Shown piece by piece: positions 26,171-35,279 of a stretch of 64,000 bases of DNA. The stretch is from Candidatus Liptonbacteria bacterium (GTDB lineage Bacteria > Patescibacteriota > Minisyncoccia > UBA6257 > 2-01-FULL-56-20), in NCBI GenBank assembly GCA_016194445.1, contig JACQBP010000010.1, positions 75 to 64,074 on the forward strand, read 5' to 3'. Position 1 is the stretch's first letter. The number at the start of each line of letters is the position of its first letter. A program made the translations under genes and the position numbers. The notes under the pieces are model-generated. The model saw only the letters and a list, made by a program, of their open reading frames with translations, did no database searches and was not told the DNA's origin.

Positions 26171-28015
26171 ATGGCAGATCAAGAACTGGTTGATTATATA
26201 AAAAAGTGTTTGGCGCAGGGGATGAGTCAGGAGGAGATAACGCAGGCTTTACTTAAAACCGGTTGGCAGGGGAGTGAGGTTGAAGAGAGTTTTAGGGCGG
26301 TGGGAGAGTCAAAATTTTTGGCGACATCTGGAGTTCCAGATGGTTCTGTGGGTTCAGCGATTTTAGGCGCAAAGTCAAAAAAGAAAATATTTTTAATATT
26401 GGGGGTATTATTGCTAGTTATAGTTCTAGGCGGAGGTTTTTATTGGTGGCAGAAATCTACAGTATCTATAATTCCTAGTAAAGTAAGTACCGAAAACAGT
26501 CAGGTGACGAAAGATGCCAAGCAAAATTATGAAGGGAAGATTTATGGTTCGTTGGATGGATATTTAGCTAAGTCGCTTGAGGATTATAAAAAGACTCATC
26601 CCAGTTCCACTTTGGAGGAGGCTAATAAGTTTTCGGAAGATAGAAAAAACAGCTACACTAAATATCGTGAGCATATTTCTCAAGTTCTAGCACATTGCGC
26701 CAGTTCCCCAAAGACAGTAACTAGTAGTATTGATCTGACTATTGATTTCAATAAATTAAGTGATTCCGATCCTATATTTAATCAATTAAAGGATTCGAAA
26801 ATTTTTCCAGATCCTTTAGTGAGAGGTTATGCTGTTTATGGCGATTTGCTTGAAGGATGTGTCTATAAGAATGCTGGAGATGGTAAAACTTGGAAAGTGA
26901 TTCAGGAGGAAAAAGATTATTTTGCTTTCGACAAAGCTCTTAAAGATCAAGCAACAAAATATGATACTTGTACTGATCTACCCGAGGAGATTGCTATGAC
27001 GAGAGGAATTGGTTTTCTGGGCGAAGAGGTAAAGTCTGTAATTTCTATTCCAGGCAACTCAAATGATCTGTATCTTAGTTTAAGAGCAGCATGTCTTTAT
27101 AAGAGTAGCGATGCCGGTTCCAAATGGAAAAGAGTTCAAAAAGAAGAGCCCGAATTTAGAGGTTTTAATCTCTTTGATGCTGGCGGTACAGTTAGAAGAC
27201 TTTTTGTCGATCCTAATAACACCAGTCATCTATATCACAGTGCTGGGATTGAAAGTTTCGATAATGGTAAAAATTGGCAGCAGGTGATAGTAGAAAAAAC
27301 TAAAACTGAGAAAATCGTCTTGAATGGTGATGAAAAAACTAAATTTAGTCAGGTAGAAATATCAAATTTAGCAATAGCTGGTGACGGCAAAACTCTTTTC
27401 GCGGCTACGGTTGCGAGCTTTGGGACAAAAACTACTAGTTCTTTGTCCCAGAATAACGTTACTTCAAGCGTGTATAGGTCACAGGATGGAGGGGTAAGCT
27501 GGAGAAAAATGTATGATTTTTTAGATGACAAAGGAAAAGTGAGAAGATGTGGTAGTAGTTTTATTGTAATAGACCCATTGAACAGCAGTAGCGTCTTTGT
27601 CGATTGCGATGATCTTTTCAAGTCAACTGATGGCGGGGAAACATGGAAAGTTTCTCTTAAAGATCCACCAAATATCATGATCGCTACAAAGAGTTTTCTT
27701 TACGGCACGAGGACTTCTGCAGGAGCGCAAGCATTTTTTAGAAGTTCGGATAAGGGGAAGACTTGGAACATTAAAGCTACAACTTTAGGTTTGTGGGAGA
27801 TAGAAACCTTGCCTTCTAATGAAAAAGTAATTTATGCTACGAGTTTCGATAAGAAACTTTATAAATCGGAGGATGCTGGAGATTCTTGGAAGGAGTTACC
27901 TTTGCCGATTACTTTTGATCAATATGGAGTTTTAGTTGGTTTGTTGGTTCACGAACCGAGCGGTAAAGTTTTTGTGGTTAGCACAGGAGGTTTAATGAGT
28001 GTCCCGATTGAATAG
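26171..28015 (+). CDS. membrane-anchored BNR/Asp-box repeat (sialidase/sortilin-like beta-propeller) protein
   Basis: Short N-terminal cytoplasmic domain, one TM helix, and at least six S/T-x-D-x-G-x-T/S-W Asp-box motifs (SSDAGSKW, SQDGGVSW, STDGGETW, SSDKGKTW, SEDAGDSW). Confidence 0.7.
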   Translation: MADQELVDYIKKCLAQGMSQEEITQALLKTGWQGSEVEESFRAVGESKFLATSGVPDGSVGSAILGAKSKKKIFLILGVLLLVIVLGGGFYWWQKSTVSIIPSKVSTENSQVTKDAKQNYEGKIYGSLDGYLAKSLEDYKKTHPSSTLEEANKFSEDRKNSYTKYREHISQVLAHCASSPKTVTSSIDLTIDFNKLSDSDPIFNQLKDSKIFPDPLVRGYAVYGDLLEGCVYKNAGDGKTWKVIQEEKDYFAFDKALKDQATKYDTCTDLPEEIAMTRGIGFLGEEVKSVISIPGNSNDLYLSLRAACLYKSSDAGSKWKRVQKEEPEFRGFNLFDAGGTVRRLFVDPNNTSHLYHSAGIESFDNGKNWQQVIVEKTKTEKIVLNGDEKTKFSQVEISNLAIAGDGKTLFAATVASFGTKTTSSLSQNNVTSSVYRSQDGGVSWRKMYDFLDDKGKVRRCGSSFIVIDPLNSSSVFVDCDDLFKSTDGGETWKVSLKDPPNIMIATKSFLYGTRTSAGAQAFFRSSDKGKTWNIKATTLGLWEIETLPSNEKVIYATSFDKKLYKSEDAGDSWKELPLPITFDQYGVLVGLLVHEPSGKVFVVSTGGLMSVPIE

Positions 28016-28081
28016 GATTTGTGATGGTGACTGTGGATAATGTCTGTTGATTTGATTGTGCGACTGTGAGAAAATTGAGAG

Positions 28082-28588
28082 ATGGACAAATTGCCGGGTG
28101 ATTATGTGGCGGGTTTTGTGGATGGTGAGGGTTGTTTTGCTTTAAAATTTAGGCGCGATGTTAAACATGAACGTAAGGGTAAACCCATCTATTTCTATTG
28201 GGATATTGAATTCGCTATTGTTTTGCGTGAAGATGATGGAGGGATAATTCAAAACATAAGGGATACTCTGGGTTGTGGGAAAATAAGTATTAGCCGGAAA
28301 GGCCAAGTCAGGTATTCAGTAAACAGGATTGATGATTTACTTGATAAGGTAGTGCCATTCTTTGAGAGGTATAGATTAAGGGCAAAAAAGAGATTCGATT
28401 TTGAGTTATGGACAGAAGCTCTTGAGATATTGTCGAGAAATCAACAGACTAAGACGAAACGTAAAGGTATAGGTTTTGCAAAAGTAGAATGGGGAAGGGA
28501 TGATTTAAAAAGGTTGAGAGAAATCCAGGAAGAAATGCGAGAATTTAAGAGTAAAAGGAGTGATTGGAAATGGATAGCTCAAGTTTAA
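28082..28588 (+). CDS. free-standing single-motif LAGLIDADG homing endonuclease (I-CreI-like, 168 aa)
   Basis: YVAGFVDGEGCF LAGLIDADG motif near the N-terminus. The size and architecture match I-CreI. Confidence 0.75.
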   Translation: MDKLPGDYVAGFVDGEGCFALKFRRDVKHERKGKPIYFYWDIEFAIVLREDDGGIIQNIRDTLGCGKISISRKGQVRYSVNRIDDLLDKVVPFFERYRLRAKKRFDFELWTEALEILSRNQQTKTKRKGIGFAKVEWGRDDLKRLREIQEEMREFKSKRSDWKWIAQV

Positions 28589-28634
28589 TAAATGACATAA
28601 AAGGTATAATGTGCGACAGTTCTAATAGTGTAAA

Positions 28635-30023
28635 ATGACTCGGAAAAGCCCTTCCCTACCTCGATTAAACGCTCACTTTGTAGGTATCGGCGGGATTGGA
28701 ATTAGCGCTTTGGCTAGGTGGTTTTTGGCTCAAAATTGGGCTGTTTCGGGTTCTGACCTGGCGGACAGTCAGATCGTGGCTGATTTAAGAAAAGCCGGCG
28801 TAAAGGTCAAAATTGGGCAAAAACAGGCTAATTTACCTAAGAAGGGCTTGGATATGGTCATTTACAGCTCGGCCGTGCCTTATTCCAATCCAGAACTGGT
28901 TGAGGCGCGACGGCGAGGTGTCAAGCCGCTTTCCTACCCGGAAGTGGTGGGGTGTCTCACCAAAGTTTATCGGACGATCGCGATTGCTGGCAGTCACGGC
29001 AAAAGTACCACAACGGCGCTCACTAGTTTGGTTTTGATGAAGGCCAAGTTGGATCCAAATGTCATACTTGGAACCAACCTGAAAGAATTTGGCAATTCTA
29101 ATTTTCGGAAAGGACGGTCCAAATGGTTGGTTTTGGAAGCCGACGAATGGAGCGCTTCTTTTTTGAATTATTACCCGGAGATTACGGTCGTGACGAATAT
29201 CGACAAAGAACATTTAGATTTTTACAAAAACTTGGCGAACGTTAAAAAAATTTTTTTGAAATTTTTAGGGAATACGAAAGTCGGCGGTTATTTGGTTTTG
29301 AATCGAGATGATAAGGCGCTTTTTTCGCTCAAGTCCCCTATCTTGAAGCTAGCGGTTAAAAATAAATTGGAGGTTTATTGGTATTCGTTGAATGATCGAG
29401 GATCGAGGATCGAGGATCGAGGTTTGAGAAAAGTTTTGAAGATCCCCGGAGAGCATAATGTGTCGAACGCGATGGCGGCCTTGTCGGTGGCGAGAATTTT
29501 GAAGATTAAGTTGTCAGTGGCGTTAAGAGCGCTAGGTTCTTATACGGGAGCGTGGAGGAGGTTTGAATACAAGGGTAGGTTTCAGGTTTCAGGTGTCAGG
29601 TGTCAGGTGTTTGATGATTACGCTCATCATCCAACTGAAATTAAAGCGACGCTCCAGGCGTTTCGAGAAAAATTTCCAAAATCAAAGTTAGTTTGTGTTT
29701 ATCAACCGCATCAAGCGAAGAGACTAAGAGCTTTGTTTAAAGAGTTCGTGGGAGCTTTTGAGCTCGCGGACATTTTAATTTTACTGCCTGTTTATGAGGT
29801 AGCGGGGCGGGATAAAACGAGTTCTGGTTTTACTTCTCAAAAGTTAGTGGATGTCATAAAGAAAAAATATCCCAAAAAAGAAGTTTACTATCTCCCCTCC
29901 CCTAAGCGAATTAGAAATATGTTACATGATACATGTGAAAAGTTTCATTACGACCACTGTGTGGTCGTAATGATGGGCGCGGGAGATATTGTGAACTACA
30001 CACCGTTGCTACTGCATAAATGA
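28635..30023 (+). CDS. murC: UDP-N-acetylmuramate--L-alanine ligase
   Basis: VHFVGIGGIGISALA, GSHGKSTTT, GEHNVSNAMAA and DDYAHHPTE MurC motifs. The gene contains two heptanucleotide tandem repeats: GATCGAG x4 at 29395-29422 and AGGTKTY x5 at 29577-29611. Confidence 0.85.
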   Translation: MTRKSPSLPRLNAHFVGIGGIGISALARWFLAQNWAVSGSDLADSQIVADLRKAGVKVKIGQKQANLPKKGLDMVIYSSAVPYSNPELVEARRRGVKPLSYPEVVGCLTKVYRTIAIAGSHGKSTTTALTSLVLMKAKLDPNVILGTNLKEFGNSNFRKGRSKWLVLEADEWSASFLNYYPEITVVTNIDKEHLDFYKNLANVKKIFLKFLGNTKVGGYLVLNRDDKALFSLKSPILKLAVKNKLEVYWYSLNDRGSRIEDRGLRKVLKIPGEHNVSNAMAALSVARILKIKLSVALRALGSYTGAWRRFEYKGRFQVSGVRCQVFDDYAHHPTEIKATLQAFREKFPKSKLVCVYQPHQAKRLRALFKEFVGAFELADILILLPVYEVAGRDKTSSGFTSQKLVDVIKKKYPKKEVYYLPSPKRIRNMLHDTCEKFHYDHCVVVMMGAGDIVNYTPLLLHK

Positions 30024-30043
30024 TAGTTTATAAATAACGCATA

Positions 30044-30814
30044 ATGGATTTTTATAAAGATCAAGAATCTTTTAAAGAAGCCAGTGGGTACACGATCGAC
30101 GGAGTTTGGTATCCACGGGTGACGAAGATTGTTTCGATCAAAGCTAAGCCGGCTTTGCTTTATTTTTACGCCGAGGCGGCGAATTATCGGGCGGGGCGGG
30201 CGGTGACGCAGAAGTCGGCGGAAGAAGGGACGTTGGTTCACAGCATTATTGAAGGTCTTTTGCTAGATAAGAATCCAGTCATTGAGGAATCAGTTAGGCC
30301 TTCCATCGAAGCTTTCCAGAGATTTTGGGAGGAGAAAAATATTCAAGTGACGCCGGAGTTGATTGAAAGGCGAGTGGTGAGCTTTGATCATCGCTACGCT
30401 GGGACGGTGGATGCGATCGCTTTGATTGACGGCAAGCTTGGCGTACTCGACATCAAAACTTCGCAGGCGATTTACCGAGATTACAATTTACAAACGGCGG
30501 CGTATATGGACGCGCTTAAAAATAATTTTCAAAATTTGCAGACGCGGTGGATTTTACGAGTGGATCAGACCCAAGTTTGCCAAGTCTGCGGAGCGAAAAA
30601 ACGCGTCAAGGGCGGCCGAGAAAAAGTGAGGCCGATGAACGGAAATTTTGCCGCGATGAGGAATTGCCCCGGGCACGAGTGGTCGGAAGTGAAGGGCGAG
30701 ATTGAACTCAAGGAATTCCCCTACTGGCAAACGGACTTCGACGCTTTTTTAGGCGCGAAAAAACTTTGGGAGTGGGAGAATGATTTTTGGCTTAAGAAGG
30801 TTGGGTATTTGTAA
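30044..30814 (+). CDS. PD-(D/E)XK nuclease superfamily protein (RecB/Cas4-like fold) with a C-terminal Cys cluster
   Basis: GTVDAIALIDGKLGVLDIKTS (D...D-x-K) and QTAAY motifs. C-terminal CQVCG...CPGH. Confidence 0.5.
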   Translation: MDFYKDQESFKEASGYTIDGVWYPRVTKIVSIKAKPALLYFYAEAANYRAGRAVTQKSAEEGTLVHSIIEGLLLDKNPVIEESVRPSIEAFQRFWEEKNIQVTPELIERRVVSFDHRYAGTVDAIALIDGKLGVLDIKTSQAIYRDYNLQTAAYMDALKNNFQNLQTRWILRVDQTQVCQVCGAKKRVKGGREKVRPMNGNFAAMRNCPGHEWSEVKGEIELKEFPYWQTDFDAFLGAKKLWEWENDFWLKKVGYL

Positions 30815-30958
30815 TGCATCTCGATTTATCGTTGACTTGAGTAATCCACAGCGGTGATTGCTCTTGTGTTATAATGGTTTGAGTGACTAAGAACCAGTCG
30901 GTAAAAATTAGGAGGAAAGAATTAGAGGTTAGAATTTTTTAGGATTAGATATATTTTA

Positions 30959-30980
30959 GGGCGGCTTCGGGCCGCTTTTT
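30959..30980 (+). terminator. rho-independent terminator (GCGGC-TTCGG-GCCGC followed by TTTTT)
   Basis: GC stem followed by a T-tract, nested in a longer TTTTAGG/CCTAAAA inverted repeat. Confidence 0.55.
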
Positions 30981-30992
30981 GCGTAGCCTAAA

Positions 30993-31139
30993 ATGAAAAA
31001 GTATAAATATTATTGCCGAAGTTGTGAGGAGGTTTTTTATGTTAATCGAGCGAATATGAATGAGAAGCATCACTGCGGCAGTTTTAGCTTGATGGACTGG
31101 ACCTATGATGGCTCTGAGGAGGAAAAAAGTAAGGAATAG
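30993..31139 (+). CDS. possible 48-aa zinc-ribbon protein (MKKYKYYCRSCEEVF...HHCGSF)
   Basis: Short ORF below the ORF-track cutoff. It has CxxC...HxC spacing but no obvious ribosome-binding site. Confidence 0.2.
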   Translation: MKKYKYYCRSCEEVFYVNRANMNEKHHCGSFSLMDWTYDGSEEEKSKE

Positions 31140-31153
31140 AGTTTGGATTGTTT

Positions 31154-31351
31154 TTAGGGCGAGGACTTTTCGATGATAATCGGTGCGTGGTTTAGTTCGC
31201 GGTTGGCGAGATAGCCAAGGCCAAAACTAAGGCTGGCGACGAGGAAGATGATGAGACCGAGGAGGATTTCTTTTTTGTGGTTTTCGTAGTAGGTTTTTAG
31301 GTTTGACCAGGTAGTAGAAATTCGACTTTTTTTATCCATAGGTTCCTCCAT
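31154..31351 (-). CDS. small single-TM membrane protein
   Basis: 65-aa ORF with one hydrophobic helix (ILLGLIIFLVASLSFGLGYLA). Confidence 0.35.
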   Translation of the reverse strand: MEEPMDKKSRISTTWSNLKTYYENHKKEILLGLIIFLVASLSFGLGYLANRELNHAPIIIEKSSP

Positions 31352-31466
31352 GTGTTTTAAAGTATTTTTCCGATGCTAAATTTATTTGAAAACTTCTTAA
31401 AGCGGTCGAATTCTCACTACCTGGTTGACATTAAGCCAATTATATAATAGACTGTTACGGAAATAA

Positions 31467-31739
31467 ATGGCGCATACACAATCGGGTGGGTCAACAAAAT
31501 TAGGGAGAGATTCTCGCGCGAAGCGACTGGGAGTTAAAATTCACGACGGCCAGTTGGTCAATATTGGGCAAATTATTATCCGCCAGCGAGGAGCGAAATA
31601 TTTGTTCGGCAAGAATATCCGAATGGGAGGAGACAACACTCTTTACGCCCTTAAAAACGGCGTGATTAAATTTGGGACAAAGATTAAACGAGGTTTTGAT
31701 GGACGACTACGGAGAGCTACAGTGGTAAACGTTCAATAA
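31467..31739 (+). CDS. rpmA: 50S ribosomal protein L27
   Basis: [24 protein letters not shown]...IIIRQRGAK is the L27 signature. Confidence 0.9.
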   Translation: MAHTQSGGSTKLGRDSRAKRLGVKIHDGQLVNIGQIIIRQRGAKYLFGKNIRMGGDNTLYALKNGVIKFGTKIKRGFDGRLRRATVVNVQ

Positions 31740-32169
31740 TTACTTTAAGCTCTGCTCGAATTCCCTTTTTGAAGTTCACTTCGACTAGGTGTTCGCCGAG
31801 CTCCTTGAGTGGATGTGAGAGTTTGATTTCGACCCGATCTTTGGTGACGAGGCCGTGTTCGCGAAGGCCTTTTAAAATCATTTTTTTGGTAACCGATCCA
31901 AACGGTCGGCCGCCCTTGTCAGTTCTTAGGGAAAACTTTAAGTTCCGGTCCGAAATTTTTTGCGCTAGAACGGCCAGATGTTTTTTTGACTCGACTTCTT
32001 CTTTTTCGAGGAGCGACTTTAACTTCGTTAATTCTTTTTCTGATTGGCTCGTGGCAGCTTTGGCTAGTTTTTTGGGAAAGAGAAAATTGCGAGCGTAGCC
32101 GTCGGGGACGGATTTAATTTCGTGTTTTTTGCCAATCTTCACGACATCTTCGAGAAGGATGACCTCCAT
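31717..32169 (-). CDS. rplI: 50S ribosomal protein L9
   Basis: [37 protein letters not shown]9 N-domain. Confidence 0.85.
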   Translation of the reverse strand: MEVILLEDVVKIGKKHEIKSVPDGYARNFLFPKKLAKAATSQSEKELTKLKSLLEKEEVESKKHLAVLAQKISDRNLKFSLRTDKGGRPFGSVTKKMILKGLREHGLVTKDRVEIKLSHPLKELGEHLVEVNFKKGIRAELKVIIERLPL

Positions 32170-32174
32170 TTGAC

Positions 32175-33422
32175 CTATTTGATTTTAAATAGAACGTTTT
32201 TATTTTTGTCGATTTCGGATTTTAGAACTTCGAGAGCTTTGTCGAGTTGCGGGTCGCGCTTTTTTTCGAAGTCTTGGTCGGTCATTTTAACTTCAAGATC
32301 CGGCGATAACCCCGTGCCTTCGAGAATGAGGCCGCTCGGCATAACCCAGTTCGCGATGGTTAATTTGATTGTTGAGCCGTCGAAGAGATCTTCGACTTCT
32401 TGGACGGTGCCTTTGCCAAAAGTTTTTTCACCAATGAGTTTTATTTTGCGGTTATCACGGAGGGCGCCGGCTAGAATTTCTGAGGCCGAAGCAGAACCAT
32501 TATTAACTAGCACGACGACCGGGAAATCCTTGAGAACGGCGTTACCGCTCGAGAAATATTGCGTATCGGTTTTGTCGCGATAGGCCTCTTTGACAACCAA
32601 GGTATTGCGGGGAAAGAACCAACCAGCGAGATCAATCGCAACTTGAAGGTAGCCACCGGGGTTGTTTCTTAAATCTAAGACTAGTCCCCGGCTGCCGGCG
32701 GTCAAAGCTTTGGTGATGGCTTGACCAAAGAGGAGGTTCGAGTTGCCGTTGAAGCTGTGGAGATTAATGTAAGCGATATCGCCCGCTTTCATTTCGAAAT
32801 CTAGAGTCGGAACGACGATCGTATCGCGGATGAAAGTCAGATCTTTCGGTTTTTGCCAGCCATCTCTTGCGATAGTCAGTGTGACTTTGGTGCCAATCGG
32901 GCCGCGGATAATTTTTACGGCTTCGTCGGCGCTCATGCCGTCGGTGGAAGACGAGTTAATGCTTAAAATGGCGTCCTTGGGTCGTAAGCCGCCGCGGCTG
33001 GCGGGAGTGTTATCTAACGGGGCAACAACGACGAGTTGATCATTTTTTACGCTGATTTCGGCGCCGATGCCGCCGAAGTTGCCCTTGATGTCTTCTTCAA
33101 ACTTTTTGCCGTCGTCGGGGTTGAAGAATTCCGAGTGAGGATCGCCTAAGGATCTAACTAAGCCGCTCACGGCCCCATAAACCTTTTTTTGGTCGGAGAC
33201 ACTGGAGGCGTTTAAGTATTTATTGTTGACTATATCCCAAGCTTGCCAGAAAGTGCCAAAGTCGGTGGGCGGACCATTTTTTGATTCTAAGTTGGTTAAG
33301 CCAACAACTTTGATAACTTTGGGGTGGAGTTCACCCGCGTTAAAGCCGACTAAAAATGAAGTGCCGATGAGTCCTAAAAAGACGAAGATGACCGTCGCGA
33401 TTCTGATTTTTTGATTAGACAT
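32175..33422 (-). CDS. carboxyl-terminal processing protease (S41, PDZ-containing)
   Basis: PDZ segment GGIGAEISVKNDQLVVVAPLDNTPASRGGLRPKD and S41 core GASASASEILAGALRDN. N-terminal TM anchor. Confidence 0.85.
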   Translation of the reverse strand: MSNQKIRIATVIFVFLGLIGTSFLVGFNAGELHPKVIKVVGLTNLESKNGPPTDFGTFWQAWDIVNNKYLNASSVSDQKKVYGAVSGLVRSLGDPHSEFFNPDDGKKFEEDIKGNFGGIGAEISVKNDQLVVVAPLDNTPASRGGLRPKDAILSINSSSTDGMSADEAVKIIRGPIGTKVTLTIARDGWQKPKDLTFIRDTIVVPTLDFEMKAGDIAYINLHSFNGNSNLLFGQAITKALTAGSRGLVLDLRNNPGGYLQVAIDLAGWFFPRNTLVVKEAYRDKTDTQYFSSGNAVLKDFPVVVLVNNGSASASEILAGALRDNRKIKLIGEKTFGKGTVQEVEDLFDGSTIKLTIANWVMPSGLILEGTGLSPDLEVKMTDQDFEKKRDPQLDKALEVLKSEIDKNKNVLFKIK

Positions 33423-33526
33423 GTTGGATAATTTTAGCGGAGTTTAGATTAATAAGCAATCTACTGATGTTTGAGAGCGGCCGGTCTAGATTTGAAGATT
33501 TCTGTTTTATAAATTAAAATGGTGGA

Positions 33527-33820
33527 GTGGCGGATCAAAGTTATCTCGACAAACTTAAGGAGAGGGCGAAAGAGTCGCATGTCTATAAGAAACATCAACT
33601 TTTTGGACTCGAGATCAGCCAGGCTTTGGACGATGCAAAGCACAAAGCGCTCTACATAAAATTGGCAAAAGAGAATAGCCCCGAGGAACTGCTGGCTTTA
33701 GCCAAGAGAATTGCGGAGAATCCGACCGTGAAGAATAAAGGGGCTTATTTTATGAAGATAGTGACAGAAAACAAAAAGCGAAAATCGAATGGCCGGAAAA
33801 ATTCTAACGGTTCAAGTTAA
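33527..33820 (+). CDS. small hypothetical protein
   Basis: 97-aa ORF upstream of def that overlaps it. No recognisable domain. Confidence 0.35.
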   Translation: MADQSYLDKLKERAKESHVYKKHQLFGLEISQALDDAKHKALYIKLAKENSPEELLALAKRIAENPTVKNKGAYFMKIVTENKKRKSNGRKNSNGSS

Positions 33821-34346
33821 AAAAGAAGATAAATTTCTTAGGGAAAAAACTAAGGAATTTAAATTTTTCAAGAAATCCGCTCAAGCAGCTGGGAGGGAAT
33901 TGTCGTTTAAGGAAATCGACGAACTTCTTCGCGAGATGAGAAGGACGATGCGGGAAGCTAGGGGGGTGGGTTTGAGCGCGAATCAAATCGGACTCCCCTA
34001 TCGCTTATTTGTGGCGGAAGTGCCAGACGCGCAAGGGAGTGTGAAGTTTTACGCGGTCTTTAACCCACGACTTGAATTTCCTAAAAAGGAAAAAGCTGTG
34101 ATGGAAGAAGGGTGTTTAAGTGTGCCGGGGAAATACGGTTTTGTAGAGCGGGTAACCAGCGTGAAACTCAACGGAGTGGATAAACGAGGCCGAGCAGTCA
34201 AGATTAAAGCTTGGGGACTTTTGGCGCACGTTTTTCAACATGAAGTGGATCATTTGGAGGGAAAACTTTTTATTGATAAGGCTAAAGAAATTTTCGATGT
34301 ACCGAGAAGTGAAAGGTTAATTAAAAAGGAAAGCGATTTAAAATGA
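33789..34346 (+). CDS. def: peptide deformylase
   Basis: EGCLSVPG and QHEVDHLEG motifs. Confidence 0.9.
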   Translation: MAGKILTVQVKKEDKFLREKTKEFKFFKKSAQAAGRELSFKEIDELLREMRRTMREARGVGLSANQIGLPYRLFVAEVPDAQGSVKFYAVFNPRLEFPKKEKAVMEEGCLSVPGKYGFVERVTSVKLNGVDKRGRAVKIKAWGLLAHVFQHEVDHLEGKLFIDKAKEIFDVPRSERLIKKESDLK

Positions 34347-35188
34347 AATTTGTTTTTTTTGGTTCGCCTCGATTTGCGGAGATTGTTTTGAAAAAAATGA
34401 TCGAGGGCGGGTGTAAACCGAATTTAGTAATTTGCAATCCCGACCGGCCATTTGGGAGAAAAAAGGTGATCACTCCCCCACTTACCAAAATTTTGGCAAA
34501 GGAATACGAAATTGAAGTTTGGCAACCGGAGAAGTTGGATGTGGAAGGTTTTGAAAGAGAGGTGGACGGGGTGGATTTTGCGGTGGTGGCCGCTTACGCC
34601 AAGATTATCCCTCAAAGAATTGTGGATTTTCCGAATTTGGGGACGATTGGGGTTCACCCATCTTTACTCCCGAAGTACCGAGGGGCATCTCCGATTCAAA
34701 CAGCAATTTTGAAGGGCGAAAAGGAAACGGGTGTGACTTTGTATTTAATGGATGAAAAGCTCGACCACGGCCCTATTTTGGCCCAAAGAAAGACGATTAT
34801 AGGCGCTCACGAGAACTATTTACAGCTCGAGAAGCGATTAGCGGAGATGGGCGGAGAATTGCTGGCTGAAATTTTGCCGGATTTTTCGGCTGAGAAAATT
34901 AAGCCTAGGGTTCAGGATGAGACTCTCGTAACTTTCACGAAGAAATTTGTGACGCAAGACGCGTTTATTGAACCGAGGGATTTAGAGTTGGCAGAAGGCG
35001 GGAGTTATGAAAAGGCGTTAGAGATTCACCGCAAGGTGCGAGCTTTTGTTTTGGAACCGGGAGCGTGGACCACTTTTAATAAGAAACGGGTAAAAATTTT
35101 GGAGACGGATATTGTTGGCAAAAGTTTGAAGTTGAAGAAGATTCAGGTGGAGGGAGAGAAAGTGAAGGAAGTAGGAAGTAGGAAGTAG
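34343..35188 (+). CDS. fmt: methionyl-tRNA formyltransferase
   Basis: Formyltransferase N-domain (GVHPSLLPKYRGASPIQ) immediately downstream of def. The 3' end and stop lie within a GGAAGTA x4 heptamer repeat (35167-35194). Confidence 0.85.
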   Translation: MKFVFFGSPRFAEIVLKKMIEGGCKPNLVICNPDRPFGRKKVITPPLTKILAKEYEIEVWQPEKLDVEGFEREVDGVDFAVVAAYAKIIPQRIVDFPNLGTIGVHPSLLPKYRGASPIQTAILKGEKETGVTLYLMDEKLDHGPILAQRKTIIGAHENYLQLEKRLAEMGGELLAEILPDFSAEKIKPRVQDETLVTFTKKFVTQDAFIEPRDLELAEGGSYEKALEIHRKVRAFVLEPGAWTTFNKKRVKILETDIVGKSLKLKKIQVEGEKVKEVGSRK

Positions 35189-35220
35189 GAAGTGTTATCT
35201 TAAACTGCGGGTTTGCGTTT

Positions 35221-35256
35221 TACTACACTATTTCGCGATCGCGAAATAGTGTAGTA
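35221..35256. terminator. 36-bp perfect palindrome (TACTACACTATTTCGCGA/TCGCGAAATAGTGTAGTA) between the convergent fmt and Cys-rich genes; a candidate bidirectional terminator hairpin
   Basis: Perfect 18/18 inverted repeat located between two convergent stop codons. Confidence 0.5.
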
Positions 35257-35279
35257 AGGTTGTATTTCTTCTTTTTTGT

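Noticed and set aside
29395-29611. CRISPR array interpretation of the short tandem repeats
   Set aside because: The repeat units are 7 nt with no spacers. They are microsatellite-like arrays, not CRISPR repeats, and there are no cas genes.
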